The notes under the pieces were generated by a model. The model was not told where the DNA came from and searched no databases. It worked only from the letters and a program-made list of their open reading frames with translations. A stretch of 64,000 nucleotides of DNA from a virus, in IMG/VR virus record IMGVR_UViG_3300046713_000096, positions 1 through 64,000 of that record. The stretch is one strand, 5' to 3'. Shown one piece after another: positions 9,612-19,434 of this stretch. Each line of letters starts with the position of its first letter. Position 1 is the stretch's first letter. The position numbers were made by a program, and so were the translations under genes.

Positions 9612-10894
9612 ACGAGCCCCCATGCCGTGCCGTTGTAGACCCAGTGCAACGACACACCAGCTGCGCCGATCGTGAAGCTCGCAGCGAAGGCTTCTGCGAC
9701 TGGATCCCAGATGTTGACCCCGTTGCCACTGACCGTGATCGCTCGTGTGCTGCCGCCCGTTTCCAGGACAGCGAACTGAGCGCCTGCCAATGGTGAGCCC
9801 GGCGCTGTCAGCGTGAAAGTGCTCGCTGTCGGGTTGTAGCCTTGCCGCACGCCGCTCGTGATAGTGGTGTTGCTTGTTACGACCCCTGCCCAAAACATAT
9901 CGTCATCGCTCCCTTCGGCCAAAACTACATCCGTAATAGCAATTGAATCGGTTCCGCGGACCGACTTGGTCAACGACGTCCTGCCCAAGTCGGAAACAGA
10001 AACGAAGTCAGTGGGGATCCTGAACGAGTAGCTGCATGCAATCGAGACAGCGTCCGCAGTGTCGACACTGTCTTGAAGCGTTTTCTTGAAGAAGTAGGCC
10101 GCGGCAATCGCAAGCAGATCGACAGCGTCGACAGCGTCTTGCATCGTTACGCTGTGAAAGAGTTTCGGATCTTCCACCGTGAGCGAGTAGAGCTGCCCCG
10201 GAATCTGTGAAGTCGTCTGCAGCGTGACCACGTTGGCGACAACACTGCGCACCGCAATCGTCGAAAGGCCGCCTGTCCAGGTGTAATTCAGGGGATCATT
10301 CGCTTCTGCGTTGTTCTCGATCGGCTCGTCAAAATGCACTTCGACTTCGGTTGCCGACACCGCGAGCACGACCTTTAGCTTCGGCGAGACGCCGATGCCG
10401 ACATAGGGCACCGGCACCGTGGAACCGACTTCGCCCGCGGCGCCACGAATCGACGAGGTCAAAGCTACTTCGTAGTCCGCCTCGTTCGTGTGCTCGGTAG
10501 TCTCAATTTCGACGTATAACGGGTTAGCCTGCCCCGGTGGCAGGCTAACGCTCAGCGGCACGACCTCGACGCTGCCCGATGAGACGTTTGTGAATCGGTA
10601 ACTCGAAGCGCGAGTCAGTGCCGTGTTGATCGTCGCAGGGCGCTCGAAGTCGATGCGAATGCGGGTTTCTGAGAACGCGCGGACTTGACTGATCTTCAAC
10701 GCGATCGAAATGGCTGCGATCAAAGAATCCGCGATCGCGACCGTGTCGGTCAGGCGACGAGCAGCATTCAACGCGCTCTGCAGGCGGTCGGCTACCGATA
10801 GCGTGTCGGTCGAGCTCGATGCCTGAAAAAGCCGCGAAGAGATCGCGTCTGTCACGCCAATCGTATCGCCTATGGTGGCGGTAAATTCGGACAT
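9608..10894 (-). CDS. fibre-like structural protein with D-x-h-x-h-x-D repeats and two Ig-like domains
   Basis: Start reassigned to ATG 10894 (MSEFTATIGD), coupled to the baseplate J stop; repeats DTIGVTD/DTLSVAD/DTVAIAD; two similar domains IRIDFERP and VEVHFDEP. Confidence 0.55.
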   Translation of the reverse strand: MSEFTATIGDTIGVTDAISSRLFQASSSTDTLSVADRLQSALNAARRLTDTVAIADSLIAAISIALKISQVRAFSETRIRIDFERPATINTALTRASSYRFTNVSSGSVEVVPLSVSLPPGQANPLYVEIETTEHTNEADYEVALTSSIRGAAGEVGSTVPVPYVGIGVSPKLKVVLAVSATEVEVHFDEPIENNAEANDPLNYTWTGGLSTIAVRSVVANVVTLQTTSQIPGQLYSLTVEDPKLFHSVTMQDAVDAVDLLAIAAAYFFKKTLQDSVDTADAVSIACSYSFRIPTDFVSVSDLGRTSLTKSVRGTDSIAITDVVLAEGSDDDMFWAGVVTSNTTITSGVRQGYNPTASTFTLTAPGSPLAGAQFAVLETGGSTRAITVSGNGVNIWDPVAEAFAASFTIGAAGVSLHWVYNGTAWGLV

Positions 10895-13065
10895 CAGGGC
10901 CTCACGAGTGTCACGTTGATCGTGCCTGCCACCGGAAGCTGACGCGTGCTCAGCGTCATGTCGCTGATCGGGTAGTCGACATCGACGTCGGTGATGAGAT
11001 CGTCGACCTTGAAGATTTCGTGCTGAACACGTGACAGCGGTACGCGCCCGCCAAAGTTCCACTCGTACGTGACGCCGTCAGCCTTGAGCGCTTCAGGCTG
11101 CACGACCTGCACGATCCCATTTTTGATCTGCGCTTCTGTCACGCCTTCGGGCGCTTCGACCGTCACGTTCAGATCGATGACGAACGGATCGAACGCGACC
11201 GCGTACACCTTTTGATTTCCGACGTAGTGAGAGCGCACCGGGGGCGTCGCGTACTTGTCGCCGTTGAAATACAGCTCGATCTCGCGCAGATGTGCCGAGG
11301 TCGGCACGACCCCACCGGACCCGCAAAGTATGAGCTCAAGCGTCTTCGGGCCGAATCCTTCTTCGACAAACGTTGCCCGGCTGAATGGCTTCGTGCCATC
11401 TCTCGCGACGAACGACTTCACGAGCACGATCGCGTCATCGCCATTCAGCGCGACCTCTTTCGTGCGCAGCGTTGCGGGGCCGGCGAGCTTGGCGCGTTCG
11501 AAGCTTTCAGGCGAGGCGCCTTCAGCTTCTGCCCATCCGCCCGCTTGCCGTGGGTTGTACAGGTCATTGACAAAGCTCAGCCCCGTCTTGTCGACGACGA
11601 TCGTGTTTGCGCCCGCGTTGCCGTCTTCTTCGGCGTTGAAGCGGTAGTCGATCGACACATTGCCCTGACCAAGTGGCGGAAGCCGCCCGGTCACGCCATC
11701 GCCGAAGCGCACCGTCGCCCGGTCGTTCTCACCGAGGATCAGCATGTAGTGCTTGTCTTGTGGGCTCGACTGCAGGAAGTTGCGCACGCGCGTCCAGGCT
11801 TCATCATCGACCGTCACGATCTCCGACCCGTCGATGAAGTGATCGCGCGACGTCTCGAATTCTTGAGACGGCCCGCCGTTCGACGAGCCGAGCGGGTCGT
11901 CACTGACCGAGCGCCCCTGCGTCACCGACGCGATCACGTACTGCGACCCCGTGTCGAGACGACAGCGGGTCAGCGTCGGCGAGGTCGGGCCACTCACTGT
12001 CACGATGCGGAAGCGAACCCAGAAGGCCGACAGGCCGTTCACAGCGGCCTTATTCCAGCTCGTCAGCTTCGTCTGTGGCAAGGCATACGTGACGTCGCCC
12101 GAGAGCGTCAGGCCTGTCGAAGCGTCCGCGAAGCTGAGCTCGGGTGAGAGCTTGAACTCGGTCCATTCCGAGCCGACTGTGTAGTCGGTCGTCACCACCG
12201 AGGGAGAGGTCTGCCCGAGCAGGCCCGTCGTCGCGATGTTCTTCGAACCGTTCCACGTTGACACCACGTCTTCGACCACGCCCGACTCGTTCAGAGACAC
12301 GCGCACGCTCGCCCCGCGCCTGTCCGAGGCCCCCAAGAGCGGGGTAAGGTCAAACTGAAGCGAGCCCCCGCCGATGTTCGTGACGTCGTCTGGCTGCGTG
12401 TCGAAGAGATCGCCGTCGTAGTACTCCCATGCGCCGACGATGTTCGCGAGCGGGGCCGTCAGCGTGATCGCGAGCACGTCCCACATGATCGAGTCGTGCC
12501 CGAAATACAGCGCGTCACCGCTCGCAGGCGATGGCCACGGGGTGAACGCGCTGCCAACGTTCGCCGCGGTCGTGTGATCCGTGAAGACGCCGCCGTCGGA
12601 CGATTGCACGCTCGTGAATTGATCCGTGCGCGACACCGTGACGCCCGTCAGTGCCTCGTAGAAAACCACCGGGGTCGTGCCGTCGCTGCGCGTCGCACAC
12701 TGCGCTTTGGCCGGCACGACTTCGAACGACGAAGCGAAAACCCGTGAGAGCTCGTACACGACTTCAGCGCTTGCGGGCGATGCCGAAGCGAGGTTGTAGT
12801 CGATCAGCTGCAGCATGTTGCGCACACTCTCGACGAGCTGCGCCGTGGGCAAGGTGTTCTCGTTTGCCACGACGTCGAGCAAGACGTTATTCAGATGGCC
12901 CACGAGCGCGAAGCTGCGCAAGAGCTGAATGAACGGCTCGAAGTCGCTTTCGTCGGTGAGCTCGGGAACGTCGATGCGTTTGCGCACGAGCAATGCTTCG
13001 AGGATCTGCCCGTAGTAGAAGGCGCTGAACTCGAACGAAGGAACTTCGATATTCTTGGATGCCAT
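10894..13065 (-). CDS. baseplate J-like wedge protein
   Basis: 723 aa; PELTDESDFEPFIQLL, LGSSNGGPSQEF, VRFGDGVTGRLPP motifs of large baseplate J proteins. Confidence 0.85.
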   Translation of the reverse strand: MASKNIEVPSFEFSAFYYGQILEALLVRKRIDVPELTDESDFEPFIQLLRSFALVGHLNNVLLDVVANENTLPTAQLVESVRNMLQLIDYNLASASPASAEVVYELSRVFASSFEVVPAKAQCATRSDGTTPVVFYEALTGVTVSRTDQFTSVQSSDGGVFTDHTTAANVGSAFTPWPSPASGDALYFGHDSIMWDVLAITLTAPLANIVGAWEYYDGDLFDTQPDDVTNIGGGSLQFDLTPLLGASDRRGASVRVSLNESGVVEDVVSTWNGSKNIATTGLLGQTSPSVVTTDYTVGSEWTEFKLSPELSFADASTGLTLSGDVTYALPQTKLTSWNKAAVNGLSAFWVRFRIVTVSGPTSPTLTRCRLDTGSQYVIASVTQGRSVSDDPLGSSNGGPSQEFETSRDHFIDGSEIVTVDDEAWTRVRNFLQSSPQDKHYMLILGENDRATVRFGDGVTGRLPPLGQGNVSIDYRFNAEEDGNAGANTIVVDKTGLSFVNDLYNPRQAGGWAEAEGASPESFERAKLAGPATLRTKEVALNGDDAIVLVKSFVARDGTKPFSRATFVEEGFGPKTLELILCGSGGVVPTSAHLREIELYFNGDKYATPPVRSHYVGNQKVYAVAFDPFVIDLNVTVEAPEGVTEAQIKNGIVQVVQPEALKADGVTYEWNFGGRVPLSRVQHEIFKVDDLITDVDVDYPISDMTLSTRQLPVAGTINVTLVRP

Positions 13066-13076
13066 GCCTCGCCCTC

Positions 13077-13466
13077 TTAGGTGTTGCGCGATGCCGCGCT
13101 GAAGCTCTCGCGAAAGGTCTGCTCGCTCTCGCTCTCAAGCGACAGATATTTGAACTGCAGGATCAGATCTTGTGTCTCGCTGTCGCGCGACCACAGGATC
13201 GTCTCGCGCTTGATGATGTATCGCCGCTGCGCCTCGAAGCGTTTGAACACCTCGCCAAGCCGGCGCATGATCGACGCCTGCAAGAGCTCGTCGGACTGAC
13301 CGAACACCATGTCAGCGCCGACGCCTACATTCTGCTGAAAGGCGTTTTCGTTGCTGTCGTCACCGAGCGACAGCCGGATGATCTTGTCATCGTTCGCGTC
13401 GCCCACTGCGAGGCGCGCACCGCCATCAGGACCGACGCCGACGGGCACGGCTAGACCGGTAGGCAT
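13077..13466 (-). CDS. gp25/GPW-like baseplate wedge subunit
   Basis: Size and position between spike and baseplate J genes. Confidence 0.6.
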   Translation of the reverse strand: MPTGLAVPVGVGPDGGARLAVGDANDDKIIRLSLGDDSNENAFQQNVGVGADMVFGQSDELLQASIMRRLGEVFKRFEAQRRYIIKRETILWSRDSETQDLILQFKYLSLESESEQTFRESFSAASRNT

Positions 13467-13720
13467 CAGCTCAGCCCTCCCGGTGGCAGGGTCAGAGGCC
13501 CGCCTGTGAGCGGCACTGGCGCGGGATTCGGAACGCCCGCGGTCGCAGAAACTAGGAACGTTCCAGCCGGAACGTACACGGTCGCAAGCGCCGTCTTCAC
13601 GTACGCGTCGATCGCGTCCGAAATCTGCGTCGCTGCGTCTTCGGCCGAGATGCCGTCGCCGTCGATGTTCTCGAAGATGCCTTGCAGAGTCGTCTTCAGG
13701 CTCGTCTTGTTGAGTGACAT
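13466..13720 (-). CDS. small baseplate-associated protein
   Basis: 84 aa, coupled to the spike gene; ISDAIDAYVK motif. Confidence 0.5.
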   Translation of the reverse strand: MSLNKTSLKTTLQGIFENIDGDGISAEDAATQISDAIDAYVKTALATVYVPAGTFLVSATAGVPNPAPVPLTGGPLTLPPGGLS

Positions 13721-14418
13721 CATCCCACCTTCGACTTTGTGCTCAGGGTGCTTGTTGGCATCGGCACGATCGGCGCGCCGCTCGGCCCCACGCCTGTCGG
13801 ATGCGTGTGTGTGTCGAAGTACGCCTTGAACAGGTCGCCCAAGATCATCGACTCTGCGCCGCCGTTGGCCTCGATCGTGTCGGCCGTGATCACGATCTTG
13901 CTCGTCGTTGAATCCATCACGATCGTCGCGCCCGCTTTGTTCTTCAGCGTCACCGTGCCCTTCGAGTCGAACGTCAGCAGTGCGCTACCGTCCTTCCACG
14001 ACAGCGTGATCTCTTCCTGTCCCTCGGTATCGTCGAACATGAACACGTGCCCGGCTGGCGTCGCGAAGCCCCGGCGCTTGCCGTAGTTCTTCGAGGTGAA
14101 AGCCGCATTGATGGGCGTCGGCGTCTCGCCCTCGTCGTTGCCGTAGTGGCGCGCGCTGCGCCACTTGAGATCGAGATTGTCGATCGAAGCCTGCCCGTTT
14201 TGCTCGTCTTCCGACGACCCTTCGATGCACTCGATCTCGACGAGCTCGCCAATGTCGGGCACGAAGAACCATCCCCAATCGTGCACAGGCAACACGTCGA
14301 GCGGGATCTCTGTCTCGTCGTCGCCGATGATTCCGACGCACGCCACGCGAATCGCGCCCCGCTTCTTGGGGTCTTTGTTGAAAGTAACTTTCGCTGGGTA
14401 GGTCGCGGTGTAGAGCAT
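13720..14418 (-). CDS. baseplate spike (gpV/gp5 OB-fold)
   Basis: DPKKRGAIRV, GWFFVPDIGELV, TPAGHVFMFDD and C-terminal HTH His motif. Confidence 0.85.
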   Translation of the reverse strand: MLYTATYPAKVTFNKDPKKRGAIRVACVGIIGDDETEIPLDVLPVHDWGWFFVPDIGELVEIECIEGSSEDEQNGQASIDNLDLKWRSARHYGNDEGETPTPINAAFTSKNYGKRRGFATPAGHVFMFDDTEGQEEITLSWKDGSALLTFDSKGTVTLKNKAGATIVMDSTTSKIVITADTIEANGGAESMILGDLFKAYFDTHTHPTGVGPSGAPIVPMPTSTLSTKSKVG

Positions 14419-14424
14419 GTGGCC

Positions 14425-15801
14425 TCACGCCATCTCGGGCACAGATTTGCGCATCGTGCAGTCGAGCTCGTAGCCCGAGCCATTCTGCATGACGTGCCTC
14501 ACGTTCGTGAAGTAGTAGTCGCCATCGAGGCCCATGCCGACGCCGCTGATCTTGTGGTGCTGGCGAGCCATGACGGTTTCGATGCCGATGATCGTGCCGT
14601 GCGACAGCACGAAGTTTTCGCGATGCCGCCTGAACCACTGGCGCGCCCATTGGATCAGCTCGGCCTCGCTGCGAAAGCGCCGATTCGTGTTCGCGAAGAA
14701 GCTGAAGTCGTCCAAGAAGATCCGGACACTCGCAGCTGACTTGTACTCGCCCGTCATTACGTTGCCTGCGACGTCGAGCTCGACGTCATCGAACGCCACA
14801 GCGAGCGGGTCGGGCGTCTCTTCGTTGTCTTCGTCGAAGACGGCCTCGAACTTCTTGCCCGATGCAGGATCGACGACCTGTGCTTGCAGGCGCGTCGTCG
14901 CCCCCTGCAGCACGAGCTCAGGCTCGAACTCAAGCAGTGAGCTCGTCGCCCCTTGATCGTATTTGAACGTATAGTACTTGTCCTGAACGATCTTCCGGCG
15001 CAGCGTGTCGGGATTCTTGAAGTGCAGCCACCATTGCAGAGGGTCATATGCGCCGTCGGGATCGCGCGCATCGACCCAGAAAAAATAGCCCGTCAGATTC
15101 GACAGGCCCTTCACGAAGTCGTAGTCGCTCAGTCCGATCTTTTGCGTGAAGTCTGACGGTGCGTCCATCGAGTCGTCGACGTCGAGCTCGAAATTGTATT
15201 CGAGCGCGCGCGTGCGCACGGCGTCAGCGAAAGTCGTTTGCTTGAAAACGCGCGTGCCAGCCGGTGGCACCTTCTCGGCACCCTTCTTGCGCTTCTTTTT
15301 CTGTGGCGGGTTCTTCGGCTTCTGTGGGCTGTTGTCCATCATGGCCGAGTCTTTGGTGTAGCCAATGACCACGACCGATGGCATCTCGTCGCGCGGATAG
15401 TTCGGGCGCACCTTGCGGATCACCACGCGCCCGATGCACTTGAGCGCCGTTCCGTAGCCGAGCCAAAGTGCCATCTCATTACCCGGCTGAAACACCTTCA
15501 GGTCGCGCAGCGACAGCGCGCTTCCGCTGCCGCCCCCGCCCGGACCGAGGCCGCGCAGCGGGCCCTTCGCGATCAGGCCCTTCGGGGGAATGTAAAGCGG
15601 GTCGCGAAAAGTGACTTTCATCACGTCGGCCATGCCGTCAGACGACTCGTATTCGACCTTTTCGGCGAGCTGCCGAATGCCAGCCGGCACGAACGAGCCA
15701 CCGACCGAGATCTTGAAGTCGGGCGCGTTGAAGCCGACGTCGTTCGTGAACGGCTTGTCGACCGTGGAAATGTCCGGGGGTGAGCGCCTGAACAGGGTCA
15801 T
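14425..15801 (-). CDS. baseplate hub (late control D-like)
   Basis: LWLGYG, Q.GLSDYDFVKGL, DGDYYFTNVRH motifs; position upstream of the spike. Confidence 0.8.
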   Translation of the reverse strand: MTLFRRSPPDISTVDKPFTNDVGFNAPDFKISVGGSFVPAGIRQLAEKVEYESSDGMADVMKVTFRDPLYIPPKGLIAKGPLRGLGPGGGGSGSALSLRDLKVFQPGNEMALWLGYGTALKCIGRVVIRKVRPNYPRDEMPSVVVIGYTKDSAMMDNSPQKPKNPPQKKKRKKGAEKVPPAGTRVFKQTTFADAVRTRALEYNFELDVDDSMDAPSDFTQKIGLSDYDFVKGLSNLTGYFFWVDARDPDGAYDPLQWWLHFKNPDTLRRKIVQDKYYTFKYDQGATSSLLEFEPELVLQGATTRLQAQVVDPASGKKFEAVFDEDNEETPDPLAVAFDDVELDVAGNVMTGEYKSAASVRIFLDDFSFFANTNRRFRSEAELIQWARQWFRRHRENFVLSHGTIIGIETVMARQHHKISGVGMGLDGDYYFTNVRHVMQNGSGYELDCTMRKSVPEMA

Positions 15802-16628
15802 CAGAAGCCGCCCCTTCTTGACGTCATCGCCGTCGACATCCGATGCGAGACATACGAGCTCGACCGCTTGTCGAAGAACTTCAGGCGAAGCTCGCGCTGT
15901 GCCGTATCCTTGCGACCGAAAGCTGTCTTCAAAGGGACCGAAGTCTGTGTCACCTGCACCGTGCGCACGCCTTCGATCGAGGGTAGCTTGACGATGTCGC
16001 CCGTTTCTAAGCTCTGCAGCTGCGGGTGCGCCTTCCGGATGACGTCGCCGATCATCGGGTTGCCGTATTCTTCGAACGCCAAAAGCTCGAAGTAGTCGCG
16101 CTCGCGCGCGTGCGCGTAGCGCGTATCTGTCTCGACCTCGTCGTCGATCGAGAACGTCGTGAACTCTAAGAGCGAGATGCTGAAGCCCACGTCGCGCAGC
16201 TCGCCGAAGAAGTCGGGCCGCTTATACGTGGCGGTCAGGCCCGAGATGACGCAGTTCATCTGTATGTGGCCATCGCCGACCCAAAATTGCAGCACCGGGG
16301 GTCGTCGCACCTTGTCGTAAATCTTCGTCCACGAGATGAGCTTTTCGAGCTTGACCTTTGGCGAGCTGTCGAACGCGTGGTCGCGGAAGAAACGCCCGTC
16401 GAACGACAGCGTTTCCTGTGCCCCGTTCAGGAACTGCAGGATCGCATTCTGCCGATTCAGCGAGGTGAACTGCCCCCAATTTGCGCCCACGTCACGCGTC
16501 ACGTTCTCGGGCTCGAACTGGCCTTGCAACACCTCGCCCGTGTCGAGGTTCTTCATCTGCCAAACTTTGAAGTTCGGAATAAACGTGGTCGCTGCAGCCG
16601 CGCCAGCGCTCAGAAGCGGACTGACCAT
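15801..16628 (-). CDS. tail tube initiator (gpU/CIS tube-like) with LysM-like C-terminal region
   Basis: QFEPE, LQFLNGAQETLSF, RRPPVLQFWVG; LLAFEEYGNP...LKLP-type C-terminus. Confidence 0.75.
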   Translation of the reverse strand: MVSPLLSAGAAAATTFIPNFKVWQMKNLDTGEVLQGQFEPENVTRDVGANWGQFTSLNRQNAILQFLNGAQETLSFDGRFFRDHAFDSSPKVKLEKLISWTKIYDKVRRPPVLQFWVGDGHIQMNCVISGLTATYKRPDFFGELRDVGFSISLLEFTTFSIDDEVETDTRYAHARERDYFELLAFEEYGNPMIGDVIRKAHPQLQSLETGDIVKLPSIEGVRTVQVTQTSVPLKTAFGRKDTAQRELRLKFFDKRSSSYVSHRMSTAMTSRRGGF

Positions 16629-16629
16629 A

Positions 16630-19185
16630 TCAACCCCCCACCGGGGCAGCGCCGTGCTCGACAGCGGCCCTACGCTGCCACGGTGTGGCCTTCACACCGG
16701 CCCGTTCGCTGAGCTCTTGCTGATGCGTCGCGGTCGCCTTCGCGATCGTCTTGCCGTCGACGCACACCTTCGACTCGACGTTGATCGTCTTGGGCATGTT
16801 GTCCGCGACGGCTTGCCCGACCTGCATGGCTAGCGCCTCGTTCTTTGCCTGATCGATCAACTCTTGGCTGACCGTGGTGTCGATCGCGTCTTCGGCCATC
16901 TGGTTACCCATGCCGCGCTCGACACCGACCTGCACGTGAAACTCGTTCTGTCCGAAGTCCTGCATCGCTGCGCCCCAATCGAAACCCAGCTTTTCGCCGA
17001 TGTAGCCGATGCCAAACGACAGCGTCTTGATGAAGTTCACGACCGACTCGACCACCGAGAGAATGATGTTTTTGACGACGTTCATCACGCCCTTGATCAC
17101 GTCGAGCAACTTCGTAAACGCGAGGCCGATGCCGGCCACGATGACGCCGACAATGTTGCCGATGAACGTGAAGAGCACGCGGAAGAACGGGGCGAGCTCA
17201 CGGAACGCGCTCATGATCCCGACGATCAGATCGTTGAAAATCACCTTCATGTTGAAGGCGAATTCTTTGATCTTCTCCCATACGTAAAGGAACACGTTCG
17301 GGATGTACTGAAACCCGCTGATGAACGGTTGCACCACGTTCGCCATGATCCAATTGAAGCCGTCGGTAAACGACGTGACGACCGTGGCCATCATGCGCGC
17401 CAGCGTCTGCCCGACCGACTCGCCCTCGTTCCGGAACATCAAAAAGGCGCCCACTGCGATCGCCACAGCGGCAAGCACCGGGGCGCTGAAGACGAACGCG
17501 AAGACTGACCCGACCGCTGCGACAGCCGGCACGATCACGCTTGAGATGAAAAACGCCAGCGCGCCGAACGCAGCCATGACCGGGGCGAGTGCGGCTGCGA
17601 TAAGCACGATCACCGTAGCGATCTTCGCGAAGTTGTAGATCATCGGGCCCGATTGGCTGCCGACAAAGTCGCTGATGAAATCGGTCACCTGCTTTCGAAG
17701 CGCCTTCCACGCGTCGATCACCATGTGGATCCCGTCCAGGATGCCGATCGCGACCTGCGTGCTCGTGTCGCCGACCTTGTTGGCTGTCTCTTCCGAGAGG
17801 TAGCCCTGTGCATTGAGGTCGGTCATCGCGAGCACGACGTCGCTCAGAACGTCGCCATACATCGCGACCGATTCCTTCGCAGGCCCCAAGAAGAGCCCGG
17901 TCGTTTCGAGCGCGAAGCCCTCGACTGCGCCCTTCAGCTGTTCCATGGCGCCCGCGAAGTTGTCGAGGCGCGCCTTTGCCATCTCGTCGGCTGCGCCCTT
18001 CGCATCGTACAGAGACTGCACGAGGGTATCTGCCTTGTGCGCGGGGTCATTGATCGCTGTCGCGACCGCCGAAAACGCTTTCGATCCTTGCGTGCCGAAG
18101 AGCGCAGTCGTGATGCGCGCGCGTTCCATGACGTCAGGGATCCCGCTCACCTTCGCGTTGACCTGCTTGAACACGTCCATGATGTCGAGCCCGCCCTTGT
18201 TTGGGCCGTCGGCGAACTTCGTCATCTTGATCCCGAGCTGCCCGATCAGCTCGCCCGCTTCCTTCGAGGGCTTCGCGAGCTCTTGCAGCGCGTGCGCGAA
18301 CGATGTGCCGCCCGCCGATCCCTTGACGCCTGCGTCCGCGACCAAGCCGAGAATGCCCGCGGTCGTCTCGACGCTGATGCCAAGCGTCTTCGCGAGCGGC
18401 GCTGCGTATTTGAAGCCCTCGCCAAGATCCGCGATGCTTGTAGCCGTAGTCGCGCTCGTTTTCGCGAGCACGTCGGCCACACGGGTCGCGTCGCTCGCAG
18501 GTAGCGCCATGCCCTTGAGCGCAGCGCCGACGATCTCGGCTGCCTGCCCGAGGCCAATGCCGTCGGCTGCCGCGGCGCTCAGCACCGGACCGATCGCGGT
18601 GATCGACTCGTCGACCGAGAAGCCAGCCAGGGCCAAAAACTCAAGGCCCTGACCGGCTTCAGTCGCGCTGAACGCCGTCGAGGCGCCCTGTTGTTTGGCC
18701 ACGATCGTCAGGCGAGCCATGTCTTCGGCGCTCGCGTGCGCCACAGCGCCGACCGCCGACATTTGCTTCTCGAACGTCTGTGCTGTGTTGAAGCCCGAGG
18801 CGAACGCGATCGTGACCGGGGCTGTCGCGACCGCGAGGCCAGCGGCCGCAATGCCCGCTTGTTTGAACCCTGCGCTGATGTTTTGCGTCGCGCCTTCGAG
18901 CGACATCATGTCGCCCGCGAGCCCCTTCGCTGCGCCGCCCCCGTCGAGAAAACGGCCATTGGCGTCGCGCATTCTGCCGCTTGCATCTTTGTAGGGGCCC
19001 GACGCCTTCTTGACCCCCTCGACCCCCTCGCGCATGCGCGTGTCTGTCTTCTTGGCTGACACACCGATGCCGGCCCAATCGCGCGCGAACTTCTTCGCAA
19101 CGCCTGAAGCCGATTCCATGCCGGAAACAGCATCCTTGTAGGCGAAGTCTAGAACGCCGCCTAAGCCGAGATTTTCGAGGGCCAT
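16630..19185 (-). CDS. tail tape measure protein (TP901-type core)
   Basis: 851 aa, Ala-rich; FEKQMSAVGAV, GVKGSAGGT; hydrophobic C-terminal repeats. Confidence 0.92.
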   Translation of the reverse strand: MALENLGLGGVLDFAYKDAVSGMESASGVAKKFARDWAGIGVSAKKTDTRMREGVEGVKKASGPYKDASGRMRDANGRFLDGGGAAKGLAGDMMSLEGATQNISAGFKQAGIAAAGLAVATAPVTIAFASGFNTAQTFEKQMSAVGAVAHASAEDMARLTIVAKQQGASTAFSATEAGQGLEFLALAGFSVDESITAIGPVLSAAAADGIGLGQAAEIVGAALKGMALPASDATRVADVLAKTSATTATSIADLGEGFKYAAPLAKTLGISVETTAGILGLVADAGVKGSAGGTSFAHALQELAKPSKEAGELIGQLGIKMTKFADGPNKGGLDIMDVFKQVNAKVSGIPDVMERARITTALFGTQGSKAFSAVATAINDPAHKADTLVQSLYDAKGAADEMAKARLDNFAGAMEQLKGAVEGFALETTGLFLGPAKESVAMYGDVLSDVVLAMTDLNAQGYLSEETANKVGDTSTQVAIGILDGIHMVIDAWKALRKQVTDFISDFVGSQSGPMIYNFAKIATVIVLIAAALAPVMAAFGALAFFISSVIVPAVAAVGSVFAFVFSAPVLAAVAIAVGAFLMFRNEGESVGQTLARMMATVVTSFTDGFNWIMANVVQPFISGFQYIPNVFLYVWEKIKEFAFNMKVIFNDLIVGIMSAFRELAPFFRVLFTFIGNIVGVIVAGIGLAFTKLLDVIKGVMNVVKNIILSVVESVVNFIKTLSFGIGYIGEKLGFDWGAAMQDFGQNEFHVQVGVERGMGNQMAEDAIDTTVSQELIDQAKNEALAMQVGQAVADNMPKTINVESKVCVDGKTIAKATATHQQELSERAGVKATPWQRRAAVEHGAAPVGG

Positions 19186-19200
19186 CGACTGTCAACCTCC

Positions 19201-19434
19201 CTACTTGCGCCGTCGCTTTGCGCGCGCTTGAGCGGCGCGCATTGCTTCGGCTTCTTCTCTCTTTTGCTGCGAGATCCGCTTCAGATTCCAGTGCCGCTCT
19301 GAAGCTTCCATATCCTGCACGTCGCCGTATGTGATCCCGCCGCCGCCTTCGTGTGTCGAGTAGTAGTAAAGCGCGAACGTCTCTTCCCGAAGTTCCTCGA
19401 CATCGCCTATTGGGAAGAACCGCCGAAAAAATTT
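19201..19434 (-). CDS. -1 frameshift extension of the tail assembly chaperone (gpGT equivalent)
   Basis: CGA AAT TTT TTC at 19425-19436; the -1 frame reads FFRRFFPIGDVEELREETFALYYY...RRRK to the stop at 19201. Confidence 0.75.
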   Translation of the reverse strand, partial: KFFRRFFPIGDVEELREETFALYYYSTHEGGGGITYGDVQDMEASERHWNLKRISQQKREEAEAMRAAQARAKRRRK

